Source: Oikopleura dioica (Eukaryota; Animalia; Chordata). Taken from it: a DNA stretch of 64,000 nucleotides. The translations under genes and the position numbers were made by a program. This document shows, one piece after another, positions 1 through 9,900 of the stretch (position 1 is the stretch's first letter; each line of letters begins with the position of its first letter). The stretch covers positions 9,796,001 to 9,860,000 of the forward strand of contig OU015566.1 in assembly GCA_907165135.1 (NCBI GenBank), in the 5' to 3' direction. The notes beneath the pieces are model-generated. The model was given only the letters and a program-made list of their open reading frames with translations. It was not told the DNA's origin and searched no databases.

Positions 1-5
1 CGTTT

Positions 6-1342
6 TTGATTTCTCAAGAAGTGACTAATCGCTTGCTTATAAAAGAGTTTTATAATGCAAAAATAAAAGCGAGTACTGAAATTCTTGAAGACGATCAAGT
101 CAAACGACTTGTTGAAGAAAAGACGGATGCATTCCTCAACAGAAAGGAGAAAGGGAAGGCCATCGATCGAATTTCCGGCTCCACGCGCTTCCGGAAATTA
201 ATCTATGGAGTTCAGCGTCTCCTTTTGAGCGAAGATAGCCTAAACAACCTCTTTTCTATCAACCACCCTCAACGCCATCTTCTCGCTGAGTGTCCAGTCC
301 CAGATCTGCAGTTTGCGCGATCAATCAACCCTCTTCTTATCGAAATTCATCGCAGTATCAATATTCTCGAGTCTGACTCGCTTGCCTGCGGATCAGCGTA
401 CTACAAGCAAATCGAACGAATAATGATTGAGTGCGTCAATCGAATCACAATCAGTCGGACCGAGGAATCCAGATTTGCGAAGGCTGTGCTCATCAGTGTG
501 GTGGAACAGGTTACAAAAAAGCGGATTGATATGAATGGAAACGATGTCCCATGTCAAGTACCCCTTCGTTTTACCAACAAAGACTTGGCAAGCATTTACC
601 TGGCACCCGACTCTACATCGATAGCGATGAATTTTCATCCAGTCGTCGCCAAAATGAAAGATTCCCGAGTCCCCTTCATCTCCAAAATAATGGTATGTAT
701 TTATCTTCATGCCAAAAAAAAAAAAATAATTCAGAAAGTACTCGTCGACGGAACCAAGGATTGGCTCGAAAAAGCGAAGAACTGGATCACAGAGGTTGAT
801 CGAACAATGGAAGACGACGAGCTGACAGATGAACAGTTGTTACAGCTCCTTGAAGCTGGCGTTAATAATGTTCAATGTGACAGCCAAAATAACGCTGTTG
901 GCCCACTTAGTCACCGCCGCGGACTAGGAAAGCCAAAAGAAATCCGTTCCAAGATCGAAGAAGAGATTGCTCAGTACGACGAAGTAAATGATACTGATAT
1001 AGAAGCGCGTAAGTAATTTTCATCATTAATCTACTTTATTTGAAATTAGACAAGAAGTATTGCGCAATGAAGAAGGTTGCGGAAGATGATATTGTTGGAG
1101 AGTTCTGGCGGCGATACGCTGAAACCTTGCCAAGATTGAGCAGAATCGGATTAATGGTTCGGTTTTTTTGAGTTCAAAAATAAAGCATTTCTTAGCTTCA
1201 TCACTCTTCCGTCTCAAGTTCAAGCCTGGAGCGAGCCTTCAGTTTCACGACATTGATGCGATCTATTCGACGCCACAAACTTGCTGCCAGCACAATCCTA
1301 GACATTGCCCTTGGATCTACAGAAATAAACTTTGAAGAATAA
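6..1342 (+). CDS. hAT-family transposase, 5'-truncated by window edge, intron-containing
   Basis: ORF 6-1016 has a hAT-like 'STRFRKLIYGVQRLL' (cf. TRWNS..ML.RLL) and 'INILESDS'. Splicing GT-AG introns 1009-1049 and 1157-1195 gives 'EFWRRYAETLPRLSRIGLMLHHSSVSSSSLERAFS...RRHKL', the hAT C-terminal dimerisation domain with the catalytic ER.FS Glu. A further in-frame 42-nt GTATGT..TTCAG intron is likely at 693-734. Stop at 1340-1342. Confidence 0.8.
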
Positions 1343-1387
1343 GTATTGTTTGTTTGTTTTTTTTTGAATTTGCTAGCTGGAAAATAT

Positions 1388-1559
1388 TGGAAATCCAATG
1401 GAATCGGGGCATATTGGGAATTGGGAAAAGTTGGAATTTCGGAAGAACTTGGAATTGGATTTTAGTTGGGAATTGGGCGAAAATTGGATTGGATTGGATT
1501 TTGGATGGATAGACCCGGTTAGAAATTTTTTGGATGGAATTTGGATGGATAGACCCCTA
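1388..1559. repeat. Degenerate TTGGA/TTGGG subterminal repeat array of the hAT element
   Basis: Many TTGGA(A/T) units; TTGGATGGATAGACCC occurs twice (1501-1516, 1541-1556). Confidence 0.7.
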
Positions 1560-1576
1560 TTTTTTGTCCAAAATAG

Positions 1577-1791
1577 CCACTCTGATCGAAGGTACTAATT
1601 CTGACTGATTGTCGCCCAATCTAATTCTTAATTTTTCAGACGGTAAAGAACTTCAAACTTACTTCCGAACACTTCGTCAACTAGCCAAATTTTACAAAAT
1701 GAATCACTTGTCATCAACAATGGACTGGATTCTCGGGAGTGGAGGTCGAAAGTCCGCAGCTGTCAAAATCGACCGAAACATTCTCAATTAG
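1577..1791 (+). CDS. Last two exons of an unidentified host gene (hAT element lies in the preceding intron)
   Basis: Exons 1577-1591 and 1640-1791 joined by a GT-AG intron read in frame as TLIEDGKELQTYFRTLRQLAKFYKMNHLSSTMDWILGSGG...NILN*. Confidence 0.5.
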
Positions 1792-2377
1792 TTTCAAATT
1801 CTGTTCACAGCCAGTTATCTGCCTTATTATTTTAATGAAAAACTTTGCTGGCGTCTCATTTATTCACTGCCAGTATTTACTTATAAATGAAACTTCACAT
1901 TCCAAAGCTTCTATTTGAAACCTTTTCCTTGTAGAAAAATGTATAAATGAGCCAAGCAAGAGCTTTGATAAAGAAATATCTCGATAAGTTTCATCCAGGC
2001 TTTCGTCACCGGCTTGAAACTGACCACAACGTTCAGGGTTTTTTAAATAACTAGTCTTATTTTGACTGCATAGAATAGATTGAAAAATCAACCCTATTGA
2101 AAGAAGCTGTCAAATTTTCAAAATCTGCCTTGATTCCAAAACGTCATGAGCAGAAGAGTTCGTCTTTACCGGCGCCCTTGCTCAGATCTATCGTCAGAAT
2201 AAACTTCATTGTCTCCCCTCCTTGGCGATACCGTAGCTACAAGAACTTTTATTTATCATATGCTTCTGCGGCGAATAGACGGATCGACTTTAGCTGTTCT
2301 AGCGATATTATTCAAAATTATGTTACATTCAAAGGGCCTAAAAGAGCAACGAAGAATTTATCTGATGGAAAAAATAG

Positions 2378-3908
2378 GATAGGATCAAACTCGTCATAAA
2401 CGCAGTCATCGTCCCTATCAATTTTGATGATCCTCTAATGAGCGTTGTAATTTACGAGAATAGATTTTCTTATGGAACTGAATGGCGCTGGAGAACGGTT
2501 TATATGAAGACTCAACTATGGGAGATCCTTTTCTGCCTTGTTGTCTTACTACCTCAAAGTAAAGCTTTTTTATTGATCGCTTTACAAGCTGTTTTTTAAA
2601 GGTTTGAACCTGTTACAAATTGCTGAAGAGAATAAAATGCTGTCGAATGCGAACTGGTCGGAATACTTCAAAACTCAACCGGGCTATTTATTCTCAGTCC
2701 TGATCCCTGGATTCGACTGGTTGCTCGATTCTTTGACGGCTTTCTGGTTGAGTTTTTGGAATTTGCACTTGAACGATGTCAAACCAAAGTACAAGAATAA
2801 ATTCTCATGGGATCAACTCTTGAGAATAAATACAGTAAACATGTCAGATGAAAATTCTCAACACTTGTACGGTAATCAAACGATTCCGGCCCCATTACTG
2901 TTTCAACTGAACAAGCTTCTTTTGTCCTTCGTACCCTTGCTGATTCTCATCAAACATAACAGATTCAAGGAGCCAGTAAAGATTCAAGAGCTCAACTGTA
3001 AATCAAATGTTGTGCATAAAATAGTGCTCTCCAATAACTTCGCAAAAATCGAGCACTTTAATTCTCCTGTAAAAAGTGTCTTGTCTCCGTTTTTGAATCA
3101 ACGAACTATCTTTGTGCAAAAAGTTAAAAATGCCCTGGATAAAGGGCGCCTTCTAAAAACTCACGAGACCGCGAATTTTCGCGAAGGTAAACTGCCAATT
3201 ACTTTTCCAAAAAGCAAAGCTGGCTATTTAAAACTAACTACTGAAGTCGACCCGATTGGGCAACTATTCAAGTCTCCAACTAAAATTGCAAATGTTAACC
3301 TGTCCAAACTTCAAGTTAAATCCGTCGACGACGATTTTAAAGAGATCCTCGTTGCACTCTCAAACCGAAAAGTTTCTGCCAAAGGCGACTTTGAAATGAC
3401 TGTTGATTATTATCGCCCAAGTTTGCGGAATTTTTATATTGAAAAGCTGGTCCAAAATGGCTTTGGTGACATTTTCATCGCTCTTGATAAAATGAAGAAA
3501 GATTCTCTTTTATTAAATGACTCGGAAGAGCGGGTGGAGGAATTAAAAGCTCTTGGATCAAGATTCAAGCTGTTGAAAACTTGGGAAGATGAAGATCACT
3601 ATGTCGAAAAGTTCGACGATTTATTTTCAAAAACCCTCGGTCAAGATTTCGATTACCTCATTCAAGAGCTTTCTAAAATTTCAGAAGTCACGGAATCCGA
3701 TCTTAAGTACTTTTCAAACTCTATCCATGCTTTTGAAGCCTATTTCAGACTCGAACGAATCCTTAATCGCATAAGTTTAGAAGTTTTCAATCCTGCCAAT
3801 TGGAGGCAATTAAAAATATCTAGCAACAGTCATGTTAATCTCAATACTCTGCCACTTTTAAATGCTGTTGATCCAGCCCTTGGTCTCAGTAAAATTTTGA
3901 AACATTAA
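2378..3908 (+). CDS. Uncharacterised protein (true start unresolved, probably further upstream)
   Basis: Long open exon 2602-3908 (434 aa) joined through GT-AG intron 2559-2601 to an upstream open exon. No family motif recognised. Confidence 0.55.
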
Positions 3909-3946
3909 AAGAAACATCAAGTTTCAATCATGTTTTTGATTTGAGA

Positions 3947-6900
3947 ATGGTCTGGTTGAAGGAAGAAATTGCCTCGAAAAAGATTCTTGTCGTCGGAGCA
4001 GGTGGAATCGGATGCGAACTCTTGAAAAACTTGATTCTTGCAGGTTAATAAGTTTCAATTCTACTTTTAGCTAACTATTTTTTCAAGGCTTTTCTAATCT
4101 TACTGTAATCGATTTGGACACAATTGACGTTTCTAATCTCAACCGACAGTTTCTCTTCCAAAAGCAACATGTCGGCAAATCAAAATCGCTCATCGCAAAA
4201 GAGTCAGTCATGAAATTAACTCATGAGGGCCGCGAAGTCACCATCGATGCTCGAATGTGTTCCATTTTTCTTCCCGAGTTCAGGGCGGTTTTCAAAATGA
4301 AATTACTGGTAGTTTGATAGTTCAAATAACGCATGTTATGATCTTGTTTTCTAAAAACCTGGCATCAGCGTCCCGTGGATAAAACAATTTTCAATTATTC
4401 TCAATGCTCTTTGAAGGGATCCTAGCTTCTGCTGAATCTCCCACTTCTAGCGTAGTTTGCCTGCTCTCTATATCTGGACGAGTGAAGAAAACGAGTAAAG
4501 TATCTTTGACGTCTGTATTTCGAGCTGGAGTAAAATAGAGGTTAATTCACGAACTGCGTGAATTACCGAATTGAGAGAAATACACGGCGGCGACCGAGCA
4601 AAGCTCGATCTAGATAAGCAAGTGACCTTAGGGGACGAGGGAGTCTAACGAATCTAAGATCCCAATACCCCCCATGAGACTGAAACGTCCTCTAAGGCCA
4701 AAGTGTGTGATTTTTGCAGGAGTATAAGCGTAAGATGAGTAACATGGCAGGTTCGAAACGTCGAGGCAGTCTGATTCGCGTTAAAAAACCCTTTTTTGGG
4801 AAAAAGCTTGAATCAGATGCGAAGTTTTCGTGATGTCCGAGCGGTGATGACATGAAGGAGTAGCTGCACATGTAGAAGAACTCAAAATACGTCGGCGACG
4901 GTAAACTGTGATAATTTCCGTACCTTTTCAGGCCCCGGTCGATGAATAGGGGACCTGAGTGGGGCAGTACTTGCGCTTAGTCGTATGACTGACCCGAGTT
5001 TGTGCCGATGTTTAGAGGTTCGACGGGCCTCGTTTCACGGTGTGCTCGTTTTGTATGTTTCGGGAGATGAGCTGCTCCAACTTCGGTTAAAGTCGCATTC
5101 GGATCGGCGCCGGCTGAGTATTGACGATCTGGTGAAGACTTTGGACGGGTTCTTTTCTTGCTGTTTTCAGTTGCTGAGCCCTCAACTACTGTTGAATTTT
5201 GTTTATCGACTGACATATGGCTATTGTCGGGCGCAGCAACCTCCGAAATCACTGTAGCATCAGCTGACATGTCCTCGGCAGTTTCATAAAGAGTACCACC
5301 AGAGTACCAGCGATCTGACGGCTCGGCTGGAGCTACCGACGAGTCCAAAATAGATGTAGCGGTTGTATCTCCCAGATTTTCCATGTCCAATCGGCGTCTA
5401 CTTTCCAAAATAGGTGATAGAGATGATCTTGGCGGTTTTTCCATAGCAACCATCGGAGTCGACGCGACCTGAGAAGATTTCCTCCCCCCATGCGACTTCG
5501 ACCCGGACTTTTCCATCGGTTTGGAAGTAGGAACAGGCGATTTTTGTGGGACTTTCGACTTAACGATTTCGGTTAAATGTGGGAATACGTACTCGGCCTC
5601 GTAGTAATCAATCCAGCGTAAGTCGTGATTTCGTTCTGCGGCGTGAACCACGTGTTCTCGATGGATGAAATCACGTTGTCCTTTTTTATCTTCGACCATG
5701 ACGACCCAGTCGTTGCTCGAAACGGCTTTCAGGGGACCTACCCAGCGTTCCTTCTTGCTTTTAGCGTCGGTCAGGTTTTCTCGCTTAATGTACACGACAG
5801 CGCCAGCGGGGATTGGTCTCGGCTTAGGCTCGTTTTTCAGCCTGTGCTCCATGGCTCGGTCAGCAGCTTCCATCGCAGTTTTCACAATGGCTTCCGCCGA
5901 TTTCGCTAAAGCTCCAACATTGAGACCAAACACCTGAGGTGTTTCCGCTGTCATTTCTGCGCCAGTAGAGTGGGTGAAAGTACTTTTTCGGCCAAACCAA
6001 ACTTCTCGCGGTGAAATTTTCGTGCTTTTGTTTTTCACACTATTGAGCGCGCGCATCACGTGGGGAACGCAGTCGGCCCAAGTTTTTCGACCGGAAGATG
6101 AGTTGACCATGCAGAATAGACTGTTTTTGATAGTCCGATTCGCTCTTTCTGCGAAAGCGTTTGATTGAGGGTGAAATGCGGTACTTATTGTATGTTTTAT
6201 CTGGTTAAGCTTACACATTTCGTCAATCACGCTTGCGCAGAAGTGGGTACCTCTGTCACTGTGTAGATGTTTCGGCAAGAAATCCATGGGAAGGAAGACC
6301 TTGTAGATGAGCGCTTTTGCAGCGCAGATAGCAGTGTCGGACCGCGTCGGAATGCACCAAGTGTAGCGAGAGAAAGTGTCCGCCACCACCAAATAATACT
6401 TGAATCCGCCAGCGGGAGGCATACAAGCGAAATCGATCTGAATCGATTCGCCAGCTGTTTTTCCACGACGAAGGGTTCCAAGTGGCGGTTTGGTACGAGT
6501 TCCAGCAGATCCTTTTCTGCGTAGGCAAGGGACGCAGCTGTGGACGTAGTTAGAAACATCGTCTTGAAATGAAGGCCACCAAACGTCCTCTAATCGCTCT
6601 AAAGTCCGCGGCTCGCCCAGATGACCGGACAAGTCGTGAGCTAGAAAGAGAAAGTGACTTTTTACCGCTTCCGGTACCACCGCCCGCGCGCCAGATTTGA
6701 ATTGACACATCAAGCACCCGGTAGTGTTATCCAGGAACAGAGCTTTTTCCATCTTGAGTAGAGACGATTGTCGGTGGTCGGAGTCCTTCACCAGCGATTT
6801 TATGTCCAGTGGCTCCTTACCAGATTCCAGAAAAGTGATGATTGCACTCAGAGCAGAGTCCTCCCTTTGATAGTCCAGAATGTTATTATAATTCGCTGAC

Positions 6901-9900
6901 ACCAACGGAATCTCCATTGGCGCCGCGATAGCCTTGACGTTTACCTTATGTATCTTCACCTCTGATAAAGTGATTTTCTCCGGAAACTGATTTTCGTTCC
7001 AGAAAGGGACGAAGACACGTACTGGTGAATTCTTGTCGATTTCGTACTCGCGACCAACGGGAAACTCAGAGTCGTATCCAAGTGATTTGTCGTCCTCGCC
7101 AGGTCTGCGGCTCATAAAATCGGCGAATTGATTTTCTGATCCCTTGATGTAGACAATGTGAAAATCGAATTCTTCCAATCGGCTTTGCCATCGGCTTATT
7201 TTAGAATTCTTGAACTTCTTTTTGTGTAGGAAGATCAAAGATCTGTGGTCTGTGTGAATCTGAAAGAATCTACCTTTCAGGAGCTTTTCCAGTCGCTCGC
7301 AGCACCAGACAATGCTAAACATTTCCTTTTCTGAAGTGTTCCATTTTCTTTCAGCTTTGTTGAAGGTGTGGGAAATCGCGCTTACTAGGTGCACTCTCCC
7401 GCCATACTCTTGTAGCAGAACACCACCCGCTGCGTACAGGCTCGCGTCTGTGTAGAGGTGAAAAGACTCGTCAAAGTTAGGAAAGCTTATGACAGGAGTC
7501 TCGGAGAGTCGTCGTTGAATTTCCTTGAGCGCCAAATCCGCTTCTTTGGTCCACTTGAAACAATTTGTTTCGTTCGCCGAATTTCGAACATCGTTTATGG
7601 GTTTCATTCTGCTCGAGAAGCAACCGGATGAAATAGCTTCGCCCATTTTTGTTTCTAGAAAACCTCGGATCCAATTCAATGACCCGATTAATGAAGCTAA
7701 CTCCTTTTGGGAGCGTGGGGGTTTCATCTGACGAAGGGCGGAGACTTGCGCAGGGTCCGGTTTGATTCCTTCTTCGTTGATGATTCGGCCCAAAAAGTGA
7801 GCTTCTGATTGTAGGAAAGAGCACTTTTCGCCCTTGAGTTTAGCGTTAAACTTGCGGAGCGCGATGAATAGGTTTCGGAGAGTGTTGTAATAGCAGCTGA
7901 AAGACTTCCCAAAACATACTATGTCATCGATATAAGAAAGCATCTTCTTCCTGGTGGGGCTTGAGTCGAGAATCGTGTTTACGACGCGCGAGAATATATT
8001 CCCCGAGCATCGATAACCGAAAGGTAATCTGCAGAAGGCGTAAGATTTCCCACCCCACTGGAAGGAAGTCTTATACCTATCGCTTTTCTTAATAGGGCAC
8101 TGCCAATATCCGCTCCGCAAATCAACTGTGGCGAAATACTTGTTGCCCGGTCCAATGTTCGCGATCGTATCCTCCATGCTCGGAAGATGATATGGGTCGG
8201 ATTTGTCGGAGAGGCATTTGTTCAAGCTGTTCTTGTAGTTGATGCAGAAGCGCATTTCCCCAGATTTCTTAGGGATTGGCAGAACGGGGCTATTAAACCC
8301 TTTCTGGTCCTTGATCTCTTCTATTATTTTCGTATCGAGCAGTTCGGAGATGTGATCAGTGACCTGGCCATGAAAAGCTTGCGGAATAGGGTGTTGACTG
8401 ATGTTTCGACTCGTACCATCAGTCGGGATTTCGATCTCGAATGGGAATTCACCCATTTTTGACCGTCGCAGCCGAATCTGTCGTCGAAATCCAAACACAG
8501 CTCGGCGACCACCTTCTTTTGCCCCGGGTCGGCGTTTGCTGGTAGGGTAATTCCGAGTTTTTGCTTCGCTAGCTGAATGGGGCACCTGGCTGCGTTCTTG
8601 TTAGGTGCGTCCAGCTTTGGGACTTTTGGTGGCGGTTGAGTGCGGGATCGATCGCTATCCTTGACCGCTGATCTAGTAGTCAAGTATTTCTTGATTTTGG
8701 TCCGCTTCACTCCGTCCAGCTTCACCACTTGAGTCTCAGTTTGTGTGAAGGCTTCGTTGTAGCAAAATGAGAGAGTACGATTCTTATTGTCGACTGTGAA
8801 GCTGTCCGTCATCGCATTCTCTAGTATATCGCGGCCCAGTAGACTTGGGTATTTACTGCCTGGCATGATGGTGAGATTCAAGGAGAATGCAGGGCCACCA
8901 TTGAATGATAAGCGGCAGGGAAGGATACCCCTCGGCTGCTCGGCGGGGATATTTGGGCTGAAACCGGTGACCTTGAAGGGGCAGGGCTTCAGCATCTGGA
9001 GAAATTTGTCGGGAACGTAAGCAGCGGACAGACAGGAGGACTCGGCTCCGCTGTCGACTTCCATCGATACGTCAAAACTTTTAGAGCCCGTAATGATGGT
9101 AGCCGAAGCGAAATAAGCCTTTCCTGGTCGCTTCTTCTTCACTGTGTAAAAGTGAACATCGAATGGTTGGAAATCTTCGACGTTCTTAGTCGTATTAATC
9201 TTCTTGGATTCTGGTTGTTTATCGTCTTTCCCATCCTTAGAATCGGTGCTGGCGCGCTTAGCATTCTTCTTCTTTTTGTTCTTATTTCTGTTGAAGTGCT
9301 GGGAGACGGTCGCGCTGTCAACTCGATTCTGTCTTGTGGATTGGGCGAGACGGCAGAGTTCGTTGATATCGTAAACTTTTGATAGGCTTGGAAGGATTGC
9401 GTTGAAAACGTCTGGTTCTTCTTTCCTAAGATTCAAGTACAGCATCATCGTCGAGAATATGTCGAATATTTCATCGACCCCGGCGTCGGCTGACTTCTCT
9501 TGTCGGTAAGAGTTCAAAGTCGCTTGCTTCGCCTCGTTCATCTTTTGCAAGACGTTGGCGGTGTAGTGTGCAAACGGCTTCGAATGGTCGTATTCGACGT
9601 CGAAAACTTCGCTTAGCTTCAGTAAGTAGTGACTCTTCGCGGCGAATGATTTCTCTAGCAGCGCCTTGGCCGATTTCCAGTCTTGACAATTCAGAAATTC
9701 GGTTCCAAGTGAGCGTTCGATGTTCAAGTCGAAGTGGCTGTACACTGCTGCGATGAAAGGCTGTTCACGTGAAGGTCTGTCGCGGACGTAGGCGCGGTGA
9801 TAAATGTCGGCTCTGCCCAAGAAGGTGTTGAAAGATGTGTTGCATGCGGCGTCCAGCTTCGGCAAGTCTTGGACGTGACGAGACCAGGTAGTGGCCACCC

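Larger units (their letters stand above)
1..1559 (+). mobile_element. hAT DNA transposon, right-hand part (left end outside window)
   Basis: The transposase is followed by TTGGA-rich subterminal repeats ending in ...GGATAGACCCCTA (reverse complement TAGGGGTCTATCC, a hAT-like TAGGG terminus). Host intron/exon sequence resumes immediately after 1559. Confidence 0.65.

Noticed and set aside
1388-1559. CRISPR-like or satellite array
   Set aside because: Eukaryotic context, no constant repeat with unique spacers; explained as hAT subterminal repeats.
1864-2091. 75-codon minus ORF with stop overlapping AATAAA
   Set aside because: No in-frame ATG or motif; insufficient support.
4688-4872. 59-codon ORF in the retroelement 3' UTR as env remnant
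   Set aside because: Too short; no signal peptide, furin site or transmembrane segment.
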